Source: Eledone cirrhosa (lineage: Eukaryota). Taken from it: DNA of 64,000 nucleotides. The notes below the pieces were generated by a model. It made no database searches and had not been told where the DNA came from. It saw nothing but the letters and a program-made list of their open reading frames with translations. Positions 36,991 to 51,340 of the stretch are shown one piece after another. Both the position numbers and the translations under genes were made by a program. Location of the stretch: positions 19,096,001 through 19,160,000 of the forward strand of contig OZ024755.1 of assembly GCA_964016885.1 (NCBI GenBank). Reading direction: 5' to 3'. Within the stretch, counting starts at the first letter, position 1. Every line of letters begins with the position of its first letter.

Positions 36991-38964
36991 TATATACAGT
37001 ATATATAATGCATAGTTCTGTATGAGGAAGACATGGTCACCTCATCTGACTTGCTTCAAATGGGACAACCCTTCTAACTCATACTAGCATGGAAAATAGA
37101 CACTAAATGATGATGATACTGTAAATGGTTTTACTTTGGTCCTTTATGAAAAGTGCAGTCAATGACCAACAAGCTAAAGTGATTGGTGATAGGAAGGGTA
37201 TCTAGCTGTAGAAACCATGACAAATGATTAAGACTTTTTAGTTGTGTCAAGGGTACAAAAAAACTCTCTGGTGTTGGTGACATGATAAAACGCACCCAAA
37301 ACAGTCTACATCGTGTTTGGTGATAGGTAGAGTATCCAGTCTTAGAAAACATGCCAAACAAAGGGTAGAGAGGACTCTTCAGTTGTATCCATGGGATGAT
37401 GGCCTCTTTAGTGTTGGTGCCACAATAAAATACATGACACACTCTGTAGTTTGTGGGAACATTTGTAAGTGAGATGTGGTCATGGACTACCTGAGAAATC
37501 AGTGGCTCTGATGAAGTATTGATTTGGTTTTTGATAACCTGTCAAACCCTTACTAGCAGGGAAAAATGATGATGATAATGTATGTATGTATGTACGGAAT
37601 CAATATAATCAATATAACCAACTAAATCAAGGCAGTGCCCCAGCTTGGCCACTGTCTAATGACTGACACTAGTAAAAGAATAAAATATTTCTGCTAGCTT
37701 ATTCTGTTTTAAAGGTAGGAAAAATACTTTATTATGGCTGAAATAAAAACATATGCAGGGGAATGGAATTTGGCACCAGTGGCTTACAGAATAATGCAGC
37801 TTGCCAAAAATGATGTGAAATCTAAAATTACTACTGTGTATCATTTACATTTGAGATTCATTTTGGCAACTTGGATATTCCTGGGCACTGAAATGTTTCT
37901 ATTGCTTTAAAGATATTGCGCCTCACTCACTACTAACATCAAACTAGATAATTTTCAATGTTTAGTCTTAGAATATCTCTGGATTTTTAATTACGTCATG
38001 GTTTCATTTTTTAAAGTTTAAAAAATAAATGAGAATGAAATACTCAAATAATATGACAAATATTTTTATGCCAGATTCTTGTGAGAGAAATTTGGAGAAA
38101 GAAATATTGTGGAAGCCCTTAAGATATATTTATATATATATAGTGAGGGAGAAAGAAAGTTTGGTAAGAGATAGCAAAATTGTGGTATTAGATTCCATTT
38201 GAGATAGATCTGTTTAAAATCCAGGTTGTCTGTCTTTTATCATTCTTCTTAATGAAGTGAACTAAAATATTTGAAGGAAATGTCCTAGCTTGGCTGAAAT
38301 CTAATGTCTAAAACTAGTAAAACAATAAAGAAATACCTTATCTATAATATTTTTGTATATCCAGGAATACATTATTCAATATGTCTTTCTTCTTTTTAAC
38401 TCTTGACTCCAAAACACCTGAATAATCTCTTGCTTCTATAATTCAATATTGTTTGTTTTATCTGAAAACCTTTCATCATAATTCCATGTAAGAACCTTTA
38501 TTAAGTTATGTTCCGAAACCAGCTTCATGATAACAAAGTTAGTTATATTATAAATAGCCCTCCAAATTTTTTATTATTTTCAAAATTTTTTAAAATACAT
38601 TGGTAGTATTTTACAATAGAAATATGGTAACAAAAGATAGTTCAGTAGAATCTGAGGGAGATTCAGGCTGCTATTTTTAGCAGATGAAACGACTGCACTA
38701 CATAATGATTCTTTAGATGGTAGAAGTTTCCAGCTTTTTGCATTCTGAGTTCAAATCTGTGGGTGGCAGGTAGACTTAACTGGTTGCTCAGTTAAACATT
38801 ACCCTCTAGCCCTTTCAGAACACCTTTGAGAACACCTTTCTCTTTCTCCTTCTCTCTCTGCCACCAATCATGGAATCCATGAAAAAGGGGTCTCAGTGAC
38901 TAAACAGTAAAGAGAAATTCCTACCAAAGTTAACTTAGCTTTTCATTTCAGGGATCAATCAAAT

Positions 38965-39940
38965 ATATATTAGGTGTATACTGCGGTATATTCAATCAAC
39001 TATATACCAGGTGTACACTGAAGTAGATTTAATAAACTATATACCAGGTGTACACTGAAGTAGATTTAATAAACTATATACCAGGTGTACACTGAAGTAG
39101 ATTTAATCAACTATATACCAGGTGTATAGTGCGGTATACTCAATCAACTATATACCAGGTGTACACTGAAGTAGATTTAATCAACTATATACCAGGTGTA
39201 TACTGAGGTATATTCAATCAACTATATACCAGGTGTATACTGAGGTATATTCAATCAACTATATACCAGGTGTACACTGAAGTAGATTTAATCAACTATA
39301 TACCAGGTGTATACTGAGGTATATTCAATCAACTATATACCAGGTGTATACTGAGGTATATTCAATCAACTATATACCAGGTGTATACTGAGGTATATTC
39401 AATCAACTATATACCAGGTGTATACTGATGTATATTCAATCAACTATATACCAGGTGTATACTGAGGTATATTCAATCAACTATATACCAGATGTATACT
39501 GAAGTAGTTTCAATCAACTATATACCAGGTGTATACTGAGGTATATTCAATCAACTATATACCAGATGTATACTGAAGTAGTTTCAATCAACTATAAACC
39601 AGGTGTATACTGAGGTATATTCAATCAACTATATACCAGATGTATACTGAAGTAGTTTCAATCAACTATATACCAGGTGTACACTGAAGTAGATTTAATC
39701 AACTATATACCAGGTGTATACTGAAGTAGTTTCAATCAACTATATACCAGGTGTATACTGAGGTATATTCAATCAACTATATACCAGGTGTATACTGAGG
39801 TATATTCAATCAACTATATACCAGGTGTATACTGAGGTATATTCAATCAACTATATACCAGATGTATACTGAAGTAGTTTCAATCAACTATATACCAGGT
39901 GTATACTGAGGTGTAGATTTTAGAATTAATCAACTATATA
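38965..39940. repeat. 37-bp minisatellite (~25 units) inside a SINE remnant
   Basis: Unit TATATACCAGGTGTATACTGAGGTATATTCAATCAAC with a few recurring variants and no spacers. Confidence 0.95.
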
Positions 39941-40480
39941 GTTCTCACCAACAAATTTATAGATTTTTAACATTGTAAAAACAAATCATTGCAATTCAAG
40001 TCCAATAAACTACAGACAGATCAAACACTGACATAGTTTATTTGTACTTGAAATGTACAAATATTAATGAAAAACACATAAAATCATTTTAGATTATATG
40101 AAGAAATAATCTATGAAAGCTTTCATATGAAATTTAATAAAGATACACAAGGATAAATCACTGAAAAACATGAGTTACATGAAATATATTAAATGTAGTA
40201 AAAATAATACAATATGAAACACACATCTCTATGATTAACTTCCAACACACTAATGAAGGCGCCTGTTTTGTCACTTGATCTACTGTATATAGCAGCCAAA
40301 TTTACCTTAAATCATATCATCTTAAAAATAGTAAGAAGCACTTTGGATAACATAGTCCTATATTCACTGCCTGAAATAACGATGGAATGGTCATGGCTAG
40401 AATGCGTTTGACCAGAGACTAGTTCATTTAACACTTAACTGAGGCTAAAAAGCCAACAAATTTTCAGCAATTAAACTGAA

Positions 40481-40600
40481 CTTCAACAGCACTAATGTGA
40501 CCTCAACAGCACTAATACGACTTCAACAATACTATTGTGACCTCAACAGCACTATTGTGACTTCAACAGCCTTAATGTGACCTCAACAGCCCTACTATGA
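40481..40600. repeat. 20-bp tandem repeat, 6 units
   Basis: C(T/C)TCAACAGCACTA(A/T)TGTGA. Confidence 0.9.
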
Positions 40601-41274
40601 CATCAGCCCAATCTCACAATGTTTTTGAAAGACTATGATTAAGTCGCTTCAGACAAATAATAGAAATATTGGTACATTACACGTTTTGTTTCAGTGCTGT
40701 TCTGTACTACAGAATATGTAGAGAGATTTTTAGTCAACACTATAGAAGGAAGCCACAGTAAAAGACCAAGAAAGACCTGGATGGGAGAGGTGAGATTTGA
40801 TCTCAGATTGCTAAATCCTAAAATGTTTCACCTTACACAGCTCACAGCAAATATACTATACTTATTTTACAACCCGTAGATAGTATCAGCAATGGAAAAA
40901 CCAATTGAAACATTTGTTCCTTTGGTACGATTTGACTACTCAACAGGCGAATGAGGTATGGAATTTACTGATTGATTCGATCGATCTTGAACTTTCTTAT
41001 TGATTTTTGCCAGCACAAACCACCATCAGTTTCTGAATATTTCAAATTTTGCCACGAACTATTGAGTTTGTCACAAAACAAATCCATGCCTTTAGCTTTG
41101 TAAATGGGAAACACTTTTGATTCTAAGAGGGAACCGTTTTACTTCCTTTACAATATCCTTGAGAAATGTTTACATGTCACATAATTTAATATCCAGTTCT
41201 TTATGAATTCCAAATTTTACGTCAAAATGAGAAATCAACTGATGTTTCAGTTTCGATTTATTACAAGTGCTCAC

Positions 41275-41916
41275 TAATAGCTATGTTTTTTTACTATATC
41301 ATTGCTATATTACTGTATTTAAAGTGTAAATAGCTAAGTTTCTTGACTATATCATTGCTATATTACTGTATTTAAAGTGTAAATAGCTAAGTTTCTTGAC
41401 TATATCATTGCTATATTACTGCATTTAAAGTGTAAATAGCTAAGTTTCTTGACTATATCATTGCTATATTATTGTATTTAAAGTGTAAATAGCTAAATTT
41501 CTTGACTATATCATTGCTATATTACTGCATTTAAAGTGTAAATAGCTAAGTTTCTTGACTATATCATTGCTATATTACTGCATTTAAAGTGTAAATAGCT
41601 AAGTTTCTTGACTATATCATTGCTATATTATTGTATTTAAAGTGTAAATAGCTAAATTTCTTGAATATGTCATAGCTATTTACACTTTAAATACAGTAAT
41701 ATAGCAAGGTTTCTTAAATATGTCATTGCTGTATTACAGTATTTAAAGTGTAAATAGCTAAATTTCTTGAATATGTCATAGCTATTTACACTTTAAATAC
41801 AGTAATATAGCAAGGTTTCTTAAATATGTCATTGCTGTATTACAGTATTTAAAGTGTAAATAGTAGCTAAGTTTCTTGAATGTGGCATTGCTATATTACT
41901 GTATTTAAAGTGTAAA
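41275..41916. repeat. 53-bp minisatellite with two internally inverted units
   Basis: Unit ACTATATCATTGCTATATTACTGTATTTAAAGTGTAAATAGCTAAGTTTCTTG. Inverted 35-bp cores at 41673-41707 and 41779-41813. Confidence 0.95.
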
Positions 41917-42414
41917 AAGTACAAGAAAGAAAATACATTACTACAGAAGAGTAATGTAGTGCCATGAGCAATTGACAGTAAGCTGGAAGTGTATTGCATA
42001 TAAATTAAGATCTGATAAAAATCAATATCTATAACTGAAATCTTAAAGTAATAAATATCAGACAGCTAAAGAGGAAGGACAAAAAGAAAAAAAGGTATCT
42101 AAAAATCAACAAAAAAACCTCAAATTATGGGAATAAACTTTGAAAGTTCAAGAAATATATGTTCACATGATGATGTGATGAAGACAGTTCCAAGCAACAA
42201 ATTGATGTTTGTGAGTGTATATATATATATATGTATATATATATGTGTATATACATACATCATCATAATAAATGTCCATTCTTCTATAGTGGCATGGGTT
42301 GGATGGATTGTCACATTTTGATATTATATATATATATATAAAACAGGCTGAATGAGTTGGCGTGCAGAACCCCACGAAACTTAAGTACTTGTCTATGTCA
42401 CTGTTGTAACTATT

Positions 42415-42883
42415 TATCATCATCATCATCAACGTTTAACGTCCGTGTTCCACGCTTGCATGGGTTTGGACGGAGGGTTTTCCCACTTGAGGCAAGAGTG
42501 ATTATCTTGCTCGCATAGGACTATCTGGCGGGTTTTCTACAGCTGGATGCCCTTCCTAACACCAACCACATTTACAGTGTGGGGCTGGGAGGTTTTTACC
42601 GTGTTGCCTACACGGCCACATTACAGCGTGAACTGTGTGTTTTTTGACGTGACACCTACACGATCTCATTTGTTTCGGCCTGGATGTTGTGGCACCAACA
42701 TAACTTTACATTGAAAGGGGCGGTGTGGATGGGGCTGGGGGTGGTGGGACGGGGGTGTATTTTGTTAGAGATGCCTACTGACTGTAGTAGGTTTTACTTT
42801 GTATTTAGGTAAGGCGGGTCTTCTCTATTACTGAGTACCGCCAAAGGTCTCGGTCCAGTGACATTGTCTTGGAGAGGTGTAAG

Positions 42884-42885
<2 letters not shown>
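42415..42885 (-). mobile_element. RTE-X LINE 3' end
   Basis: LHLSKTMSLDRDLWRYSVIEKT plus 3'UTR and (GAT)n tail. Near-identical to 55635-56220. Confidence 0.85.
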
Positions 42886-42917
<32 letters not shown>

Positions 42918-45561
42918 TTATATATATATATATATATACACTATTTTGAAAATTTGGACTGTGAACAACAATTATAATTGAGTGGCTGCTATTTGCAGTA
43001 TAGCAATATAAGGTTGCACTTACCAATGAAACGGTCGTAAATACCTGGATAAAATCCTTCTCTTAATGCTTACCTGTGTTTTCTCTTTTATACTATATAT
43101 ATATACATATATATTACATACACAAGCATAATGATAATCTAGAAAAAGATTTGCAAATAGTATTTCCCATGTGGTTTCAAGATTTCTCTATTTTATACAT
43201 GCCTTGAACAAATAAATATATCTGCCATTAGACCTCACTATTTTGTGAGAGAAATAGTTGAGCCATTGTTTATACAAAATAACCTAAACATCTTACTCCA
43301 GTTCTATGGTGCAACACAGCAAAGTACATACATGCAAGACAAACTACATTCAGCTACTCAGCAGAGATGAATATTTAAAACAATATTTAGAGTAGTTGCA
43401 TGAGGCATGCTGCATTTGCAGCAAACATTTTGTATATATACACTTCAGTGTATATGTAACTAGGTGTGGGTGTTTATATTTTGGGAGTAAATGAAAGTTG
43501 GATTTTTTCTTCATCATTCTATTTTTAAGAGATAAAATACGAGGGCTTCTCCCCTACTCTTGCATATTTATTTAAGGCACAAGAAAAATATATTTCTTCT
43601 TTCACATATCATTTTACCAATGACTTTCAGTACATTAAAAAAATATATATATGTATATATCAAATCAGTTTTTGGTTGTTTTTTTTAGAGGAAGAAAAAA
43701 GTTTTATTTATGAATATTAAGTCTAGACCATTCATGAAGAAATACACTGACACACACAGACAGACACAGACACGACACACACACAGCAATGTATATATTT
43801 TTTAAACAGTTTCGCAACAAAATCTGCAAATAATTTATTAAAGTATGACACATTTACTTTGAGAAACAAAGAAATTTGTTGCTGATAATGGGTAATAAAG
43901 CTAAACCAGACATGTAAACATCTAACAAGACTAATACTAATACTAAGATTTACATATCAATAAATAAATAGATAAATGAATAACAGTTTATTCATGAGAT
44001 TATATGGTAGTCATTAATTGATATCCATTGCCACAAGACAAATTCAGAGATTCATTCTCGATGAACAAATTACCAAATAGAAACTTACTGAATCAATATT
44101 GATATCTAAAATAAAAATCTAATTTTTGCAGTTCCTATTTTATTTTAATATTTTTTTAAAACAAATTGACACAGCATTCAGGGGGATTTTTTTTCCTCTT
44201 TTTAAAAAATATATATTTTTTGATTTTTAATTAATCGTTTTGGTCTGAGATTGGTGAGCTTGACAGTATTAGCATTCTGCTTAAGAAATAAGTTGATGAA
44301 TGCAGGAAAAAAATATATGAAGGGAATTCTAGAGGATTGACATTCTGGGAAGGAAGGACTGAGTGTAGTGGTTAGTGCAAGCTTGGTGAGAATGGCAGGA
44401 GGACACAGTATGGGTGATTGAGAAGAAGAAAGATAAGTGAGTCGAAATGCCTGAGTGGTTATTAAAATTAGTCTCTGGACTAACTACCATGAAAGAGAAA
44501 AAGTTTGAAATATGTTGTATGGAGCAAGAATCTAATAAGATTATAATATTTTGGACATTAGGGATGATCGATTTTTTGTTGTTGTTTTTTTTTCTATTTA
44601 ATTTTGACATTATTTTGATTGATCTGACAGTGAACATCTTCAAGTTTTTTATTCCTACCATCAGTTTACAGATTGGGCTAGAAGCATGTTATCATGGCAT
44701 CAGCAGTACCCCTTTATAGATTGGAGTGGGTGCATTTTATCATGGCACCAGCATTACCACATTAGAGAATGGACTGGGTGCATCATATCATGGCACCAGC
44801 AGTGCCACTTTACAGATTGGATTGGGTGCATTTTATTAGGGTAGCAGCACTACCACTTTACTGAGAGCATTGAATGTATTTTATAATGGCATCAGCCCTA
44901 TCACATCAGATAGTGTACTGGGTGTATTTTATCATGGTATCAGACCTACCACTTCAGATAGTATACTGGATGTATTTAAATTTTCAAAATTGTTTCATGT
45001 AAAGGTTAGGTTAATTAATAGTTGTAGAAACTATATACTTTATTAACAACAATTTATTTCAGACATCTAGACATTTAATTAGCAGTAATCTAATTTAAAT
45101 TACTCTATTCTCTCTATTTTGTCAGCTAAGTAAATTGATGGCTTTATTCAGTTTTATTGCATTATCTCATTTCTCTTTAAATTAATTTATGTTTACTAAA
45201 AGAAACTTTGACTCTTTTATGACCATATCTCTAATTAAATACACTCTATTTCAATTAATTAATGAGGAATTTGGCAGTAGTTATTAAATGTGCTAATAAT
45301 TTAATTGTTAAGACAGTATTTGTAACATAATTTTACAAAATATTTTATATGAAATTATGATGGAAAATTTAAATTTATATAAAAACATTGTGATTTTGTT
45401 TCACAGAACCAGAGGGGGGTTTGTGACAGGTTGGTATTGAAAGGGTTAGAAAAATGAGTAAGACAGAATTAAATAAAGTTTACTTAATGTATATTTAATT
45501 AACTGGTGCTTGTAATAAAAACCTTATGCAATCACAAACTAATAGGTATCAATATTTACTA

Positions 45562-46219
45562 TTAACCTTTTTTATCCCAACCTGCCTGAACCACCTTGAT
45601 TTCTATGATACAAAGCCTGGTTTAACCCTTTAGCATTTACATTACTCTATATATACTGGGCGGTGGATTGGCAGTATCGGTAGAGGGTCGGACGCCATGC
45701 TTTCCAGCATAGTTACGTCCCTTTACCATCTGAGTTCAAATCCCGCCGAGGTTGACTTTGCCTTTCATCCTTACGGGGTCGATAAAATAAAGTACCAGTA
45801 ATGCACTGGTAATTGCTGGCCTTGTGCCTAAAGTAGAAACAATTATATTTTCATAGTAAAGGTTTTATCTCACATAATTATTTCACATAATATCGAATCT
45901 ACGAGATTTTGATATTATTTATTTTGAGAACAATACCTTAACATAAGTATGAGCAGCTAGTTACTGCCGGTTTAAACAGAAAGAGGTGAGAGAATTCTGG
46001 CCGGATATGACTGGTTTAAATGCTAAAGGGTTAAAGAGTTCATATTTAAATTAAAACTGTCCATTATAATTTTGTTTAAAAACATTTATTCTGTTATATT
46101 TTAAACAGTAACTTAATAATGAGGAGAGGTGTTCATTTTATAAATTCCTTCATACTCTTAATTATTTTCTAACAGATATAACATTATATCTCATTAGATA
46201 TATATTCACAAAGGGTTAA
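45562..46219. mobile_element. Nested elements: TTAA MITE family 2 > TTAA MITE family 1 (45622-46034) > young SINE (45658-45846)
   Basis: Outer TTAA-CCTTT...AAAGGG-TTAA. The inner MITE has a duplicated TTAA. The SINE interrupts the inner MITE at ATTAT. Confidence 0.8.
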
Positions 46220-47149
46220 TACAATGGCTGTCTAGTCTCTCTGAACTTGCTAACTCTTCCCCTCTGCTCCCTACATCTACTTCCTGTCACCTTTATATGT
46301 CTTACCCTTCACCCTTCCCCCAAACTCTCTCCAGACTACAACATAATATTACAACATTGAATACAATAACCAGATTTTCCAACATAGAAAGGATACATTC
46401 ATGTTTCATAACATTATGCATTTTTTAAATGACTTTTTTTTTTTTTTTTTAAGGAAGGTATTTGTTTACAAAGAAGGAGGTTTTACTTTCAAATATCAGT
46501 GAATGGAGTTTCTGTTAATATTTCAAACAAATAATTTGAAACGTTTCATAAATTTTGAATCAACTGCCTAAACCCCTCTCCTCTTAACTGTTAACAAAGA
46601 GTTAATTGTATTGAAATCAATTATAATAGTAAATTATTCAAGCAGCAACTAATATCCTCATATTACAGTGTTGATATTTGTTACATAAACATTGCAATAC
46701 AAACTAATATATATATGCTAGCATGGAAAATGGATGATAAATGATGATGATATATATATATATGCAATCGAAAGGTTGTGAGTTCAATTCTCAGACCGGG
46801 TGATGTGTTGTTTCCTTGAGCAAGACACTTTATTTCACATTGCTCCAGTTTACTCAGCTGTAGAAATGAGATGATAGGGACTGGGGTCCCTATCATTCCA
46901 CTGCAAAGTGGTCGTGGAGGTGCCACGGCAAAAAAGCACCCAGCACTCACTGTAAATGAGGTTGGTGTTAGGAAGGGCATCCAGCTGTAGAAATCAAGCC
47001 AGAATCAGTTCCCGTCCCACCCTTGCAAGCAGGGAAAAAGCGGACGTAAAATGAAATGATGAAATGATGACACATATATGAAACATATTTTGGTCATATG
47101 AATGAGTATGTATGTATGTCTCTCTCTATATATCTATCTATATATATAT

Positions 47150-47812
47150 TATGCTGTATACTTGAGAGAAGACTACGTTGGTATGGCCACGTGATGCGCA
47201 TGAAAGACGACAGCTGTATAAAAAAGTGCAGGGCGATCAAAATTGATGGTAGTTACGGAGTAGGTAGACCCAGAAAAACCTGGGACGATCTAATAAATTC
47301 CGACCTTACACACTTGCACCTCTCTAAGACAATGTCACTGGACCGAGATCTTTGGTGCTACGCAGTAATACAGAAGACCTGCCTTGCCTATGTACAAAGC
47401 GAAACCTACAGTCAGTAGGCACCTCTTAACCAAATTTACACCACAATCCACTACCCCTACCCTATCCTCCCACCAACACCACCCTCTCTCTGTAAAGTTG
47501 GTACCACAACATCCAGTCCAAATAAATGAGATAATGAGATCGAGATTGTGTAGGTATCACGACAAAAAACACACAGTCCACGCTGTAATGTGGGTGTGTA
47601 GGTAACATGGTAAAAAGTTCCCAGTTTCCACACTGTAAATATGGTTGGTGTTAGGAAGGGCATCCAGCCGTAGAAAACCTGCCAGATAGTCCTATATGAG
47701 CGAGACACGGTCACCCGACCAACCCTGACTCAAATTGGGACAACTCCCGTCTAACCCATGCTAGCGTGGAAAATGGACGTTAAACGAAGATGATGATGAT
47801 GATGATGACGAC
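47150..47812 (+). mobile_element. RTE-X LINE 3' end
   Basis: ERRLRWYGHVMRM..DSCIKKC...GRPRKTWDDLI..DRDLW, followed by 3'UTR and (GAT)n tail. Confidence 0.9.
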
Positions 47813-48247
47813 GAAATGTATGTTCTACATATATGTGTGTGTGTGTGTGTGTGAATAAATATATGAATAAATATATGTAATATATATAAGTGTGTTTATG
47901 TATACATACACAGAGACAGACATGTGTTTATATATATATACATGTTTTGTGCAGATATATATGTAAAGAATGTGTGTGTGTGAGCGCATGTCTGAAACAG
48001 ACTTATATAATGAAAGAGTAATACTCCAAGTAGGAAACTACCATGTGAAGAATTTCCTGTTTTATTCCAAGTTGGTTTTTACAAGTCAGTGGAAGAATTT
48101 AGAAGGAAACGGCAGTAACATGATGACTTTAATTCCATTTTGTCTTGACAGCATCTCTAAATGCTAATTTGGAAATTATGAATCTGCTTTTAAATATTTA
48201 CTTCCTGCCAATATTCTATAAATATACACAAACATCTATAGAAAGCT

Positions 48248-48535
48248 AGTGTTGGTGCCATGATAAAATGCACCCAGTACACTCTGTCAAGTGATAGTAC
48301 TGGTGCCATGATAAAATACACCCAGTACTCTCTGTCAAACGACAGTGCTGGTTCCATAATAAAATGCATTCAATACACTCTGTCAAGTAATAGCACTGGT
48401 GCCATGATAAAATGCACTCAGTACTCTCTGTCAAATGATAGTGCTTGTGCCACAATACAATGCACCCAGTACACTCTGACAAGTGACAGAAGAGTTCCAC
48501 AATAAAATGTACTCAGTACACTCTGTGAAGTGGAT
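48248..48535. repeat. ~48-bp degenerate tandem repeat (related reverse array at ~44685-44975)
   Basis: CTGGTGCCATGATAAAATGCACCCAGTACACTCTGTCAAGTGATAG, about 6 units. Confidence 0.8.
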
Positions 48536-50451
48536 GGCATTGCAAAGGACATCTAACTATAAAATCCATGTCAAAACATAGAATCTATGATTAAGAAATG
48601 TTTCTCAGATCTGTCTAGTCTTGAACTTTGGCAACCTCTCCAATCCATGCCAACATGAAAAACAAATGTAAAATGCTGCTGCTGGTGATGATGATGATGA
48701 TGATGGTAGCAGTGGTGGTGGTGGTGGCAATGATGTTGATGAAAGATAAAGAGAGCTAAATCATTAAAGTGACAGCCTTTATAAGCTGAAGTTCATAACC
48801 TGTCACCAACACTGCACTATATCACAGACAAGGGATTCATTTGGCTGGTTCATTCCACCTATGTATTAATAAATACATGAAGAGCAACACAGCTGTGGGA
48901 ACTGTGTTGCTGTTAGACCCAAGTTAGCCCTGATCAAGCCAATCTATGATCAAAGCTATTCCAGATGTGGCCATCTCGTCTTTACTCAAGTATTCTATTA
49001 TGTATACCTGACTACATTATCTAATGTGTTCTTTTTTTCATAACAGCTCATCTGAAACTATGATACAAAACTATTTATTCTAAAGACTTTATACTTATCT
49101 AAAACCCTTCCTTCCATCATAATTTTATGTAATAACCTTTGTTAAGTTATGCTTCAAATACTAGCTTAATAATATGAAAGTTAGTTATTTTACTAAATTC
49201 CCACAAATTCTCAATTACTTTCAAAATAAATTGAAAATCATAGGTAGTATTTTTCATTAAAAATGAAAGGGTTAAGTAGTGATGGTATGCAGCCTTCACT
49301 TAGCTACATTATGCCAACTTTCACTTGCCTGCTAGAGAGTAGAGATAGAAGCATAATCTTAAAGTATTGAAAATATAACTTCTCCAGTTTATGATTGTTT
49401 TCCCAGTAAATGCAAGTAAATACAAGCTTACAAAATACACATCTGAGACAACTAGCACCCTACTAAAGTTACATATAATAAAAGCATCACCATTTTTAAA
49501 TTCTCTAACATTTTCGTTAACATATTTATAATGAAATACATGTCTATTATTTTCAAATTATTTTAAAAATAAACAAGAATCTTGAGAGATTTAATAATAT
49601 ATCTAACTTCCTCATTATTAAGTGAGTGTTTGGAAAATGACTTAAAGGTTCTTACATAAAATTATGATAGAAGGGTTTTAGATAAATACAAACATTTTGA
49701 AATATACAGCTTTGTGTCACAAAACCAGGGTGGGCGATTCAGCCCAGTTTGGTATCAAAGTTCAAACTTCATCATCATTTTTACATCTGCTTTTCCATGC
49801 TTGCATGGGTTGGATGGGTCGCTTTCAACCCAACATTTCTCCAGTCATTGTGCTCTTTTATCATCTCCACTGTGAGTTTCAGCGATTTGAGATCAGCTCT
49901 CACCACCTCCCGCCCAGGTCTTCTTTGGTCTTTCTCTACTCCATCTTACTTCCATTGAGATTTTCTAGCACTACTTTCAATAATTGTCCTGAGATAAAAT
50001 TTATTATCATTCGTTCATTATTTTATTGGTTTATAAACAGACCACACTTACTTTGCCTTTACAAATAAACAAATATTTAATCCTTCCTCCACCACTCATT
50101 TTACTTACTGTGTACAGATTCTATATAAACTCTAAAGCCAGATGAAGAAGCTATATCACCACCACCACTAGCATCATCATCCATTTAATTCACTTAAACA
50201 TGAAATAAAGAAATATAATTGCTCTATCCGAAAGTATCTTTTCCTAACTTACTCTAAATTATTGGGCTCCATCTAGCATTCTTTGCAATTTCCTCATCAT
50301 AGCCACTCCCCTTCTATAGATATACATACATATACATATTTGTATACATGGATACACACCCATATGCACATGCATATATGCATACACTTATACTTGAAGA
50401 AAATAATGAGGACAAAATTATTGGACAGATGGGTGAAGAAAATATGCATAG

Positions 50452-50503
<52 letters not shown>

Positions 50504-50906
50504 AACTATGAGGCAAAACTCTCCAAAGAAATTATATAGACAAGCCAGATTGAGAACATGTGAGAAGGTTGACTAATAGTTAGGTATGGTGTGTTAAAGT
50601 TATCACAGATAAATCAAGTTTCTTGAACTAACAAAGTATTTCATGTCAAATGACTTGAGAAAAGGTTAGTAGTGAAATTGGCTGTATCTAAAGTATAATA
50701 TAATTTTCTTTTCTGTAAATGTTTATATGTAAATTCCTTTATTATAGTAGAACTGGTAAATGTGTACAATAAACATATCATTTTAACATGAGTAAAACTG
50801 AATATATAGTATTGATTTAATTATTTAGTTTTAGTAGTTCACAACGATTTCACCTATAATAAATATACTTTTTTATATAAGAAGTAAAACAGTTTTCCAA
50901 AGATAA

Positions 50907-51340
50907 TTAACCCTTTCATTGCCATATTTCTATTTTCAAAATAATCAGGAATTTGGAGTGAGGACCCTCGGTTGTGTCAAAGACTTGACAACTTCCCCTG
51001 TGCACTCAATAGAATGTGAGACTGTAGATAAACGAGACACGAATCCCTGGCTTTTCTGAGAGATCAGTAGCCATGGCTTCAGTACTGACTTGGTCTATGT
51101 AGACCTGTCCAACCCTTGCTAGCAGGGAAAGTGGACGTGAAAAAGACAATGACGATGATGATGATTTAGTTACAAAGAAATTTCTCATTATTAAGTTAGT
51201 GTTTGCAACTTAATTTAACAAACGTTCTCACATAGAATTATGATGGAAGGTATTTAGAAAAATGTAAACACTTCAAAATAAGCTGTTTTGTATTGTAGAA
51301 CCAGGGGTGATTTCCAGCAGTTTTGTATCAAAAGGGTTAA
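50907..51340. mobile_element. TTAA MITE family 2 carrying an inserted (GAT)n-tailed retroelement end
   Basis: TTAA-CCCTTT...AAAGGG-TTAA. Insert at ~50960-51165. Confidence 0.65.

Noticed and set aside
38965-39940. CRISPR-like array (37-bp repeats); likewise the 29-bp array
   Set aside because: The repeats are contiguous with no unique spacers, there are no cas genes, and the context is eukaryotic.
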